DNA of 63,699 bases, the filler included, from Nitrospirae bacterium CG2_30_53_67 (lineage in GTDB: Bacteria > CG2-30-53-67), in NCBI GenBank assembly GCA_001873285.1. It is 6 parts of 6 records of this genome, joined end to end, with 100 filler letters (N's around TTAATTAATTAA, not from the genome) between each part and the next. Parts side by side here need not be neighbours in the genome. Positions count along the whole stretch, not along the records: positions 8,858 to 31,702 come from MNYV01000101.1; positions 31,803 to 35,945 come from MNYV01000091.1; positions 36,046 to 55,446 come from MNYV01000054.1; 3 more parts are not named here. One strand, given 5' to 3'. Shown here piece by piece: positions 30,567 through 40,441 of the stretch (the stretch's first letter is position 1; each line of letters begins with the position of its first letter). The translations under genes were made by a program, and so were the position numbers. The notes beneath the pieces were generated by a model, which made no database searches, was not told where the DNA came from, and was given only the letters and a program-made list of their open reading frames with translations.

Positions 30567-31310
30567 TTACATGTACATCCCTCCGTTCACATGAATAACC
30601 TGCCCGGTGATATACGCCGCTTCCTCCGAAGACAGGAACCTGACCGCATGGGCCACATCCTCGACCGAGCCGAGCCTCCCCATGGGGATCTGCGATAAAA
30701 GGTTCTTCTTCACATCCACAGCGAGGACCTGCGTCATGGCCGTGTCTATAAATCCAGGGGCAACGGCATTGCAGGTGATCCCCCTCCCGGCCAGTTCCCT
30801 GGCCACGGTTTTGGTCAGACCGATCAGACCTGCCTTGGAGGCTGCATAATTGGACTGTCCGGCGTTCCCCATGACCCCGACGATCGATGCAATGTTTACG
30901 ATCCGGCCGCTCCGCTGTTTCATCATGGGCCTGGACACCGCACGGATGCAGAGAAAGGCCCCCTTCAGATTGACCTTGAGCACCTGGTCCCAGTCTTCAT
31001 CCTTCATGCGCATGATGAGCCCGTCCCTTGTGATGCCGGCGTTGTTCACCAGGATATCAATCCTTTTGAATTCATCCATCCCCTTTTGAACCATCGCGGC
31101 CGCGTCTTTTGCATCGGACACATCGGCCTTGACGGCAACGGATTTCCGGCCGATGGCCCGAATCTCTCCTGCCGTCTTTTCAGCCGCATCCAGGTTGATA
31201 TCCGAAATCAGACAGTCCGCACCATGCCTGGCCAGCATGAAGGCGATGGTCTTGCCGATGCCTTGGGCGGAACCCGTAATCAGGGCCGCCCTGCCTTGAA
31301 GAGTCATCAT
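30567..31310 (-). CDS. fabG: 3-oxoacyl-ACP reductase
   Basis: TGSAQGIG, NNAGITRD, YAASK. Confidence 0.96.
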   Translation of the reverse strand: MMTLQGRAALITGSAQGIGKTIAFMLARHGADCLISDINLDAAEKTAGEIRAIGRKSVAVKADVSDAKDAAAMVQKGMDEFKRIDILVNNAGITRDGLIMRMKDEDWDQVLKVNLKGAFLCIRAVSRPMMKQRSGRIVNIASIVGVMGNAGQSNYAASKAGLIGLTKTVARELAGRGITCNAVAPGFIDTAMTQVLAVDVKKNLLSQIPMGRLGSVEDVAHAVRFLSSEEAAYITGQVIHVNGGMYM

Positions 31311-31702
31311 CCCTCCCCCTCCTTTGCAGCCTGCTGAATCGCTTTGAGACCTTCCGAATCTTCAAGGTTGATGATCCGGGCGCCGGGCTGGATCCTGCTG
31401 ATCAAGTTGCCGAGCACTTTACCGGGTCCAAGTTCAATGAAGGTCTTCACCCCGAGGGACGCCATCTCCCGGATACTCTGTTCCCACCGCAAGAGAGATA
31501 CAAGCTGCTTGATCAATTCCTCCCTGATCTCCTCCGCCGTGCGGATCGTCTTGCCCTCCACGTTGTTCACGAGCGGAACCGAGAGATCCCTGATGGGGAT
31601 TCCTTCCATGGCCTCTTTCAAACGCGGGCAGACCGGTTCCATGAGAGGGGAATGGGATGGGACGCTCACGGGAAGGAGCATTACCCTTTTTGCGCCTCGC
31701 TC
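31307..31702 (-). CDS. fabD: Malonyl-CoA:ACP transacylase, C-terminal part (cut by gap)
   Basis: LPVSVPSHSPLM, ELGPGKVL; upstream of fabG. Confidence 0.9.
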   Translation of the reverse strand, partial: ERGAKRVMLLPVSVPSHSPLMEPVCPRLKEAMEGIPIRDLSVPLVNNVEGKTIRTAEEIREELIKQLVSLLRWEQSIREMASLGVKTFIELGPGKVLGNLISRIQPGARIINLEDSEGLKAIQQAAKEGEG

Positions 31703-31802
31703 NNNNNNNNNNNNNNNNNNNNNNNNNNNNNNNNNNNNNNNNNNNNTTAATTAATTAANNNNNNNNNNNNNNNNNNNNNNNNNNNNNNNNNNNNNNNNNN
31801 NN

Positions 31803-32475
31803 GCCGGCCGAAAGGAGAGACTGTGTAAAGCAGAGCGAACTGTACGCCCGAAGGATCTTCTAATGCTTGGTGCAGGACCTTCACGACCACCGGCACTTCC
31901 GATGGGGATTGGTTTCGCTGTGTCACTGTGAGAGTGCCCTGATACTTACCTGGCAAGGCGGCATCGGGAACGTGAAGGGTCACCCAAATACGTACGGATT
32001 GTCCCTTGAGGATTTGCAGGCCGCTCTCCCCTATGGGTTCGAGGATCCAGTCTTCCACGGAGAGAGGGGTCGTCCCCCGGGAAAGACGGGCCATCTCTAT
32101 ATGATTCTGATCGATCTCGCCCGGTCCTCCGTCGGTTCTTTTCAGATTTGACAGCGACACCTGCAGGGATGGACAACCGTCCCGGCAGTAAACCGCAAAC
32201 GTAAAGGGCTCGTATTCCCCCCGCAAAGCTGAAAGATCCACCTCTCGGAGCAGACGCCATGGCGCAGGCCTTTCGGTTTCCTTGACTTGCTGCATGACAT
32301 CCTTTCGGATGAGCTGGGCCATGGGCGGATCTTCTCCGGTCCCGCCGAATCCTGAGAGGAAGAGGATGAGACAAACGCGGAGTGCCTGGCCCCCCAGCAT
32401 CTTCATGCCGTAAACCATGGAAAGCCTCCGAGTCTGGTGCGTCGAGTTGTTTCTTTGAAAGCGACACTTTGTCAT
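31803..32475 (-). CDS. Hypothetical secreted protein, possibly carbohydrate-active; 3'-truncated by gap
   Basis: LRGEYEPFTF, IWVTLHVPDAALPGKYQGTLTV Ig-like pattern; start uncertain. Confidence 0.55.
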
Positions 32476-33638
32476 TGCTTCAGTATAATTTTAACAATCC
32501 GTTCAGCGGCCCGGCCATCCCAGAGTTCGGGTATCCGTCCCAATTTCAAGTTTCCCCTGAGAATCGCAAGCCCCTGTGCGATGATGTTTTCACGATTGAT
32601 CCCGACCACGCTGTTGGTTCCTTCCGATACGGTCACCGGCCTTTCCGTATTTTCTCTCAAGGTTAAACAGGGGATCTGCAGGACCGTGGTTTCTTCCTGC
32701 ATCCCCCCGGAATCGGTCAGCACCACCTTTGACTCCGCCATAAGATGAAGAAAATCCAAATAGCCCAAGGGTTCGATCATCCTGATCCCCTTTGAATTCC
32801 GCTTTTGGGTTGTTGTGCCCGCCTCCACATTTTCGAAAAAATGACTGAACCCGAATCGTCCTATATTGTTTCTTGTTCTCGGATGAGCCGGAAAGATAAT
32901 CGGCACTTCTTTAGAAAGAGTATTCACTGCCTGTAGGATGCTCTCCAGATTCCGAGAGTCATCCACATTGCTGGGACGATGAAGTGTCAATACGCCATAG
33001 GGAAGAATCTGATTGCCCGGGTTCAAGCCCAGGCGCCTGTGTATATCTGTTTGTCTTGCTTTGTCGGTATTCCTGATCAGCGTATCAATCATGACATTGC
33101 CGACAAAGTGTATCTTGTCCTTTGAGATTCCTTCCTTTAGAAGGTTCTCTTGTGCATTTCTTTCTGTGATGAACAGGAAATCTGAAATCGCATCCGTGAG
33201 GACCCGGTTGATCTCTTCGGGCATGGTTCGGTCGAAACTTCTAAGGCCTGCCTCCACGTGGATGATCTTGATCCCGAGCTTGACGGCCGTGAGGGCACAT
33301 GCAATCGTGGAATTGACGTCGCCCACAACCAGGATATAATCCGGCCTTTCCTTAACAAGGATCGGTTCAAAACGTTTCATGATTTCGGCCGTTTGTTCGG
33401 CCTGGCTCCCGGAGCCCACCTCCAGATTGATGTCCGGTTCAGGGATTTCCAAATCGTCGAAGAAGAGTTTGGACATCTGCTCATCATAATGCTGTCCTGT
33501 ATGAACCAGGAGAGGAATGATTTTTTCGTTCTTACGCATTTCGCACATGATGGGAGCGATCTTCATAAAATTAGGACGCGCACCCACGACGTTTATGATT
33601 TTGATTGCTCTTTTCATCATGACATCAGCCCATTCCAT
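32472..33638 (-). CDS. wecB: UDP-GlcNAc 2-epimerase (non-hydrolysing)
   Basis: GARPNFMK, HTGQHYD, HVEAGLRS, TDSGG.QEE, TERP. Confidence 0.93.
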   Translation of the reverse strand: MEWADVMMKRAIKIINVVGARPNFMKIAPIMCEMRKNEKIIPLLVHTGQHYDEQMSKLFFDDLEIPEPDINLEVGSGSQAEQTAEIMKRFEPILVKERPDYILVVGDVNSTIACALTAVKLGIKIIHVEAGLRSFDRTMPEEINRVLTDAISDFLFITERNAQENLLKEGISKDKIHFVGNVMIDTLIRNTDKARQTDIHRRLGLNPGNQILPYGVLTLHRPSNVDDSRNLESILQAVNTLSKEVPIIFPAHPRTRNNIGRFGFSHFFENVEAGTTTQKRNSKGIRMIEPLGYLDFLHLMAESKVVLTDSGGMQEETTVLQIPCLTLRENTERPVTVSEGTNSVVGINRENIIAQGLAILRGNLKLGRIPELWDGRAAERIVKIILKQ

Positions 33639-33651
33639 TAAAATCGTCCTT

Positions 33652-34797
33652 TCATGAACCCCGTTCTGTGGGCCAGATGGTTATGGTCTTACCCTTCAAG
33701 ACATTTAACCAGGCCAAAACCAGAGCAAAGTTGACTGTTAAGGAATAATAGATGACATTAAAAAACCAGTTTCTTTTATCACTGTATTCTGTAAATTTTG
33801 CGATCATTGCAAATATCAGGGTTGTGATCATAAGACAATAAAGAATATAGTAGAAGAATCTGTCCGTGAGGAAGATCAGGGATAACGCGGCCGATAGGAG
33901 CGCGAACGGCATAAGATACCTGAATATCTTGTGAATCCATAACTGGATGGAGAAGATCCCATATTGAAACGGATTTAAAAGGGCTTTCATACGGAACAGG
34001 CCATGAATGGTTCGGGTAAAAATTCTTATCTTTCTCTCGAATTCCTCCCGATATGTGGCCGAGGACTCCTCCTCTGAGATCGCCTCAGGTTCATAGACGA
34101 CCTTCTTGCCGTGCCTGACGATCTCAAGGGGTTCCACAAGGTCGCTGATCAGGTCATTCCCAATTTCAACGTAGTCACTCTTTCGGATCGCGTAAATGGA
34201 CCCGTTCACTCCGATCAGCGAAGATATCCTGCTTTCTCTGTATTTGATGAACTTTTCATAATTCCAATAGGCACTTTCACACAAGCCGGTCAGGTTCTCC
34301 GCGCTTTTCTTATAAACCAGTTGCCCGGAAACACAGCCGACCCGTTCATCGCCGAAATTTGCTACCAGTTTCCTGACGGCATCCTTCCTGTACATGGCAT
34401 TGGCATCGGAAAATACAATGATTTCACCCGACGATTTCTTTACGCTCTCATTCTGGATTGCTGTCTTTCCGAGTCTGTCATAGGCATAAAGTTTCACCCC
34501 CTCATTCCGAAAAGCATTTACCATGTCGTGGGTGCGGTCCGTGGATCCGTCCGAAGCTACAATAATTTCAAGTTTTTCCTTTGGATAATTAAGCCCCAGC
34601 GAATTTTCCAGTTTTTCTTTGATATGCTTTTCTTCATTGTATGCGGTGATGATCAGGCTGACACCGGGTTCGCCGCTCCAAGCAGGCCCTTGGTGTCTTC
34701 TGAACAGGCCGAGCATCGCGGCCAGAAGGGGATAACAAACCGTTACAAACAGAAGAAAAGCGACCGAACTCCAAAATATCCATTCATTGAGCGGCAT
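33652..34797 (-). CDS. Glycosyltransferase family 2 (membrane)
   Basis: AYNEE, SDGSTD, FSDAN, GVNGSIYAIR. Confidence 0.9.
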   Translation of the reverse strand: MPLNEWIFWSSVAFLLFVTVCYPLLAAMLGLFRRHQGPAWSGEPGVSLIITAYNEEKHIKEKLENSLGLNYPKEKLEIIVASDGSTDRTHDMVNAFRNEGVKLYAYDRLGKTAIQNESVKKSSGEIIVFSDANAMYRKDAVRKLVANFGDERVGCVSGQLVYKKSAENLTGLCESAYWNYEKFIKYRESRISSLIGVNGSIYAIRKSDYVEIGNDLISDLVEPLEIVRHGKKVVYEPEAISEEESSATYREEFERKIRIFTRTIHGLFRMKALLNPFQYGIFSIQLWIHKIFRYLMPFALLSAALSLIFLTDRFFYYILYCLMITTLIFAMIAKFTEYSDKRNWFFNVIYYSLTVNFALVLAWLNVLKGKTITIWPTERGS

Positions 34798-34853
34798 GAT
34801 CCATTACTCCGCAGGGGACGAGTGTTTCTTTGAAAGTCCCGTCTCAGGTTTGT

Positions 34854-35945
34854 TCATCTCGCTGCCTTTTTCCAGATGACACTTTGTTTCCCCATGATGA
34901 AACGAATGTATCCCCACAATAGCGCGAAATTGAAAAGAGAAAAGTAACCGATAAGATTCATGGATCTATTTTTGATATTGAGTATCACGGCCAGTGAAGA
35001 GACAAATATCAAGAGATTTGAAAGGTAAAACATGTTCACAAATATCGGCTCCGAAGATAACGCAAGAATGGAAATGTATAGGATGATCAACAACAGCGGC
35101 GTCATCCATCGTATGACTTTGTGTGAGTAATAGGCAAAATGTATGAAGGCTCGATTTGGACAATCGATAACAGGCACCAGGAGCAGTGTTTGCAAGTTAC
35201 CTGAGCCGATCCTTACTTTGCGCCAGAATTCATCGATGATAGTTTCCGAGATCGTCTCCTTTGCTATGGCCTCCTTCTCAAAATAGATCTTCTTCCCCTG
35301 CTTCAGAATGCCAAGCGATATCCAGAAATCGTCTATAATGGTATCCTTGGGAATGGTTCGAAATAGTTCTTTCCTTATGGCGTAAATGCCTCCATTCGCC
35401 CCCACCGTAGAATAGAGTCTGCTTTCAAGGTTCTTAATATCCGACTCGTACTTCCAATAGGCTTTCTCATAAGCTTCAACACCCTGCGTTCTGCTTTCCA
35501 GGATGAGTCGTCCGCAGACACCTCCAATGGAACGATCGGCGAAATGAACAGTGAGTTTTTTTAACGATTCCTCCTGAAGGACCGTGTTCGCATCAGTAAA
35601 CAACAATATTTCATTTTTTGCAAGAGGGACGAGGGTATTTAATACATTGGACTTCCCCTGGCGAGACTCTATCCTGTGAAACCTGATCTGGTCCTCATAC
35701 TGCATGCAGATCTCATCCGTTTTGTCAGTGGATCCGTCGGAGCCGATCAATATTTCTATCTTATCCTTCGGGTAATCCAGTTCCAGCGCATTCCTGATCT
35801 TTTTCTCAATCACCGCCTCTTCGTTATAGGCCGCAATGATGACCGACACGGATGGCAAGTCTTCCGGGCCGATGGGGACTGCGGGTTTTTCTTTTTTGAA
35901 CCGCGTCAATAAAAAAAGAAGGATCGGATAGAGAAGATAGGTGTA
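34854..35945 (-). CDS. Glycosyltransferase family 2, 5'-truncated by gap
   Basis: AAYNEE, SDGSTD, FTDAN, GANGGIYAIR. Confidence 0.9.
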   Translation of the reverse strand, partial: YTYLLYPILLFLLTRFKKEKPAVPIGPEDLPSVSVIIAAYNEEAVIEKKIRNALELDYPKDKIEILIGSDGSTDKTDEICMQYEDQIRFHRIESRQGKSNVLNTLVPLAKNEILLFTDANTVLQEESLKKLTVHFADRSIGGVCGRLILESRTQGVEAYEKAYWKYESDIKNLESRLYSTVGANGGIYAIRKELFRTIPKDTIIDDFWISLGILKQGKKIYFEKEAIAKETISETIIDEFWRKVRIGSGNLQTLLLVPVIDCPNRAFIHFAYYSHKVIRWMTPLLLIILYISILALSSEPIFVNMFYLSNLLIFVSSLAVILNIKNRSMNLIGYFSLFNFALLWGYIRFIMGKQSVIWKKAAR

Positions 35946-36113
35946 NNNNNNNNNNNNNNNNNNNNNNNNNNNNNNNNNNNNNNNNNNNNTTAATTAATTA
36001 ANNNNNNNNNNNNNNNNNNNNNNNNNNNNNNNNNNNNNNNNNNNNTTTTACGGTCTTCCTTCCAACCGGCGCTCAAGCAGCAGGCGGGCATTAAGCGGTG
36101 TCTTATGATTTCA

Positions 36114-36406
36114 AGATCATCTCCAAAAGAGTGGGTGAAAAAATCAGGGGTCAAGGGGTCAAGGATTCCAGGGGTCAAGTGAAGTGCTGAAACATTACAA
36201 GGAGCTAAAGGTTTGGCAGAAGTCTTATCAATTATGCTTGGAGATTTATAAAATAACAAAAAGATTTCCTGGAGAAGAAAGATAGTGATATCAAGGAGGT
36301 TGAGCGGATGCTCAAGGCACTGATAAAGTCACTGGGAAACAAGCACTTGACCCCTTGAACCCTGGAATCCTCGAACCCTTTTTACCCACTAAATGGGAGA
36401 AGAACC
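36114..36406 (+). mobile_element. MITE family A carrying an internally deleted four-helix-bundle gene (36184-36358)
   Basis: Both TIRs; flanks TGATTTCA and TGATTTTA; MLKHYKELKVWQKSYQLCLEIYKITKRFPGEER* then DIKEVERMLKALIKSL. Confidence 0.88.
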
Positions 36407-36439
36407 TGATTTTATAAAGCATGTGCCTGGAGGCGGTTC

Positions 36440-37843
36440 ATGAACAGGAACAGGATTCTGCTGGTAGACGATGAACCAGGCGCCTTGGAGATCCTGGCGG
36501 GTATACTCGGGCAGGAGAACTATGAGGTGGTTACCGCACAGGACGGAGAGGAGGCCCTTTCCATTTTGAAGGAATCATCGTTTGACCTGGTTCTCACGGA
36601 TTTGAATATGCCGAAGATCAATGGACTGGAACTGATCAGGAGAATCCAGCAGGTCGATCCGGTTTTGATGACGATTGTCCTGACCGGCTGCGGCACGATC
36701 GATAATGCCGTGGCGGCCATGAAGGCCGGGGCATACGACTACACCACGAAACCATTCAAAATCGACGAACTCATATTGACGGTGAAGCGCGCCCTGGAAT
36801 ACCGGACGCTGAAGACCCAGAATAAGAATCTGAAACGTCTGGTCGGCGAGGCGTCCAGTTTCAGGAACATCATCGGTGACAGCGAGGGGATGCAGCGGGT
36901 GGAAAGCCTGATACACAAGGTCTCGGATGCGGATACCACGGTTCTGATCCAGGGGGAGAGCGGGACCGGCAAGGAACTGGTGGCCCGGGCCATCCATTTC
37001 AACAGCCCAAGGGCTGACGCCCCTCTGATTCCCATCAACTGCGCGGCGATCCCGAGAGACCTCCTGGAAAGCGAGCTTTTCGGCCATGTCAAGGGGGCGT
37101 TCACCGGGGCGGCCCTCTCACGGATCGGACGCTTCGAACTTGCGGATAAAGGGACGCTCTTTTTGGATGAGATCGGTGAGATGCCTCCGGAGCTTCAGGT
37201 TAAAATCCTGCGCGTGCTTCAGGAGCAGCAGTTTGAACGGGTTGGAGGGACCAAGACCATACAGATCAACGTCCGGATCATTGCGGCCACGAATAAAGAC
37301 CTGGAAAAGGAAATCAAAAGGGGGATGTTCCGGGAGGATTTATACTACCGATTAAATGTCATTCCCATTCATATTCCCCCCTTGAGGGATCGGATATCCG
37401 ACATCCCTCTCCTCATCCGGCATTTCTTGAACCGGTTCAACCATGAGAGGAACCGGAATCTCAAAGGTTTTACCAAGGAAGCCCTGCAATGTCTGGAATC
37501 CTATGCTTGGCCCGGCAATGTCAGAGAGCTCGAGAACCTGGTCGAACGGATGATTATTCTTTGTGAAGGGGAATGGGTCTGTATAGAGGATATCCCGGAG
37601 AAGTTTCATGCCCCCATGAAACTTCAATCCATCCGGTCCGTTGATTTCCCGGAGCAGGGGATCGCCCTGAATGAAGCCGTCGAATCTTTTGAAAACGAAC
37701 TGATCATCAAGGCGTTAAAGCAGGCCGGCGGAGTGAAAAGCAAGGCGGCAAAACTCCTCAATCTGAACCGAACCACCCTCCTGGAAAAGATCAAAAAGAA
37801 GAAACTGAACGGCTGGGCCGAAGATGCCGCCGGCACGCATTGA
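36440..37843 (+). CDS. Sigma54-dependent response regulator (REC-AAA-HTH)
   Basis: Receiver domain, GESGTGKE, GAFTGA, WPGNVRELEN, Fis-type HTH. Confidence 0.95.
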   Translation: MNRNRILLVDDEPGALEILAGILGQENYEVVTAQDGEEALSILKESSFDLVLTDLNMPKINGLELIRRIQQVDPVLMTIVLTGCGTIDNAVAAMKAGAYDYTTKPFKIDELILTVKRALEYRTLKTQNKNLKRLVGEASSFRNIIGDSEGMQRVESLIHKVSDADTTVLIQGESGTGKELVARAIHFNSPRADAPLIPINCAAIPRDLLESELFGHVKGAFTGAALSRIGRFELADKGTLFLDEIGEMPPELQVKILRVLQEQQFERVGGTKTIQINVRIIAATNKDLEKEIKRGMFREDLYYRLNVIPIHIPPLRDRISDIPLLIRHFLNRFNHERNRNLKGFTKEALQCLESYAWPGNVRELENLVERMIILCEGEWVCIEDIPEKFHAPMKLQSIRSVDFPEQGIALNEAVESFENELIIKALKQAGGVKSKAAKLLNLNRTTLLEKIKKKKLNGWAEDAAGTH

Positions 37844-38040
37844 TAATATGAGCCTGAGGCGGCGGATGTCAAAGGATTGCCGGCAGACATAACTTTGACA
37901 GGCCCATCGTCCAATCTGCACGCCGTACCCTATTCCCATACCCTTTTTTGCCTCAAGTCGTTTCTCACCTTATAGCAGCAACACCCTGTAAACAAAAAAT
38001 AAAAAATTATTATGTTCAAACAATGCCGTGTATTCAGCTT

Positions 38041-38057
38041 TTGGCATATAACTTGCT
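38041..38057 (+). promoter_or_regulatory. Sigma54 (-24/-12) promoter for the flhG-fliA-che operon
   Basis: TTGGCATATAACTTGCT, i.e. GG-N10-GC. Confidence 0.75.
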
Positions 38058-38112
38058 TTTAAAACCGCGTAGTGAAATTTAACGGCGCAGGAGATGAAAA
38101 AGGACATCCTGT

Positions 38113-39021
38113 ATGCAGACTCGGCCCCATCAACGTCGTGAGATATCAGAAACCATGGGAAGAAATCCGGACCAAGCTGAGACGCTGCTGCATACCGTGA
38201 ACCCGGAGCATGGAAGGCATGTCAAGGTGATTTCCATCACGAGCGGCAAGGGGGGCGTCGGCAAGACGAATGCGGCAGCCAACCTGGGTGTCGCTCTTGC
38301 CGGTCTCGGGAAAAAAGTGATGATACTGGACGCCAATCTGGGCCTTGGGAATCTGGATGTCCTTCTGGGGGTCAGCCCCAGGTACAATATAAACGATGTG
38401 ATCGCCGGACGGAAGAGAATCCGTGATATCGTCATCCAGGGACCCGGGGGAATCCGAATCCTTGCATCGGGTTCGGGGCTTTATGATGTCACGGAACTTT
38501 CCAACGGTCAGAAGACCGATCTGATCACCCAGATGGACGAACTGGATGACGACATAGATTTTCTTCTGATCGACGCCGGATCGGGAATCTCGGAAAATGT
38601 CATGTTCTTCAATACGGCGGCGCATGAGATCATCGTGGTGGCATCTCCTGAACCGACGACCATCACCGATACCTATGCCCAGATGGCCGTTATGTCGCAA
38701 AACCATGCTCAAAACCGGTTCCAATTACTGATCAATTCCGTGACGTCCGAAGAAGAAGCCAAGGGCGTTTATAAAAAACTCTGCAACATCACGGACCGTT
38801 TTCTCAATATTTCATTAGACTACCTCGGATATATTCTTTTTGATCCGGATATGACTCAAGCGGTACGGAGACAGAAGGCCATTGTCGAGATCCTTCCGGA
38901 GTCTCCGGCCAGTCAATGTTTCCGAAGAATCGCACGGGGCATGGCGGCGGCGCCATCCGACATGGTCTCTCCCAAAGGCAGCATCCAGTTTTTTTGGAAG
39001 AGACTTTTTCAGGTTGCCTGA
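38113..39021 (+). CDS. flhG: MinD-like flagellar number regulator
   Basis: DQA motif, SGKGGVGKTN, PEPT; precedes fliA. Confidence 0.88.
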   Translation: MQTRPHQRREISETMGRNPDQAETLLHTVNPEHGRHVKVISITSGKGGVGKTNAAANLGVALAGLGKKVMILDANLGLGNLDVLLGVSPRYNINDVIAGRKRIRDIVIQGPGGIRILASGSGLYDVTELSNGQKTDLITQMDELDDDIDFLLIDAGSGISENVMFFNTAAHEIIVVASPEPTTITDTYAQMAVMSQNHAQNRFQLLINSVTSEEEAKGVYKKLCNITDRFLNISLDYLGYILFDPDMTQAVRRQKAIVEILPESPASQCFRRIARGMAAAPSDMVSPKGSIQFFWKRLFQVA

Positions 39022-39078
39022 CTCAGTGCTCAGCGGCCATGATCAGAGATGCCGTAAGTCCTATGCAGGAGGGATGAA

Positions 39079-39834
39079 ATGAACAAGGCTCAGGGAAGAT
39101 ACAAAAAAAATTCGGCGGAGCTGGATGCCTTGAGGAGAAATGAGATCATTCTGGAGTATGCGCCGCAGATCAAGTTCATCGCTCACCGGCTCGCCATGCG
39201 TCTTCCTTCCCATGTGGATCTGGAGGATCTGATCAATTCAGGAGTCATCGGACTGATGGACGCCGTCGAGAAGTTTGATCCTTCCAGAAACATCCAGTTT
39301 AAGACTTACGCGGAGTTCAGGGTCAGAGGCGCGATGCTGGATGATTTGCGCTCACGGGACTGGATCCCGCGCTCGGTCCGTCAGAAATCCGCTGTGCTGG
39401 AGAAGACCTATGCGGAAATCGAACAGCGGGTCGGAAGGCCGGCTTCCGACGAAGAGGTTGCCGGGGCATTGAACATCACCATGGATGATTTTTATGACCT
39501 CTTGAATCGTACAAGAGGGCTGTCTTTGGTCAGTATAGAACCCGAAGATGAGGATTCAGGAATTTCCAGAAAGATCCGGGAATCCCTGGTTGCAGACGCT
39601 GAGGAAAATCCCTTCAACGTCCTGAAAAAGAAGGAATTGCAGATGCTGATGGCCAAGGCCATAGGTGAGCTCCCGGATCACGAAAAAAAAGTGGTCTCTC
39701 TCTATTATTATGATGAGCTGACCATGAAGGAGATCGGTAAGGTTCTAAATATTACGGAGTCGAGGGTCTCCCAGATTCACACGAAGGCCATGCTCCGTAT
39801 GAGGGGTAAATTGAGGAGGTATCTTGAAGGGTAA
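39079..39834 (+). CDS. fliA: Sigma-28 factor
   Basis: FKTYAEFRVRGAMLDDLRSRDWIPRSVR, ITESRVSQIH. Confidence 0.95.
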   Translation: MNKAQGRYKKNSAELDALRRNEIILEYAPQIKFIAHRLAMRLPSHVDLEDLINSGVIGLMDAVEKFDPSRNIQFKTYAEFRVRGAMLDDLRSRDWIPRSVRQKSAVLEKTYAEIEQRVGRPASDEEVAGALNITMDDFYDLLNRTRGLSLVSIEPEDEDSGISRKIRESLVADAEENPFNVLKKKELQMLMAKAIGELPDHEKKVVSLYYYDELTMKEIGKVLNITESRVSQIHTKAMLRMRGKLRRYLEG

Positions 39835-39954
39835 CTGCCGGGCGCAGTCTCTGACGCCTTGACGATCTGATACGACTGGCCTTCAGCCCAGGTCCTTCCA
39901 TAGACGGCGTTTCATACCCCGAGTGATCGGCATCTCCTCTCCTGGAAAGGTAAG

Positions 39955-40341
39955 ATGACGGGAAAACGGATCTTAATCGTGGATGACGACAGTATCATCA
40001 GGAAGTTTATCTCCTTTGCCCTGAGAACCCAGGGATTGGAGGTCATCACCGCACAGGACGGCATAGAGGCGCTGGAAATATTAGCCGTCCGGAACGTCTG
40101 CCTCGTCATCACCGATCTGAACATGCCGAGGATGGACGGCTTTAAATTGATCCGTCAAATACGGAATCTTGCTGAAACCTCCAATCTGCCGGTGATGATG
40201 CTGACCACGGAGGCGGATGAAGAAAGCCGGACTTTAGGATTCCAGGCCGGGGCTACTGAGTATATGATCAAGCCCATATCCAGAGAGAACCTTTTGGCGA
40301 AAGTCCTGCCGTTGATCGGGATGAGCGGGGTCCCGGCTTGA
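39955..40341 (+). CDS. cheY: CheY-like response regulator
   Basis: Single receiver domain, TDLNMPRMDG, MLTTE. Confidence 0.8.
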   Translation: MTGKRILIVDDDSIIRKFISFALRTQGLEVITAQDGIEALEILAVRNVCLVITDLNMPRMDGFKLIRQIRNLAETSNLPVMMLTTEADEESRTLGFQAGATEYMIKPISRENLLAKVLPLIGMSGVPA

Positions 40342-40441
40342 AAATCAAATGGATCAAGCTGAACAGGCTTCTTCGGTACAAGGTCTGCATGGAGAAAATC
40401 ATGAACCACGGATGAGAAAGGTCCATCAATAGGTCAGGCCT

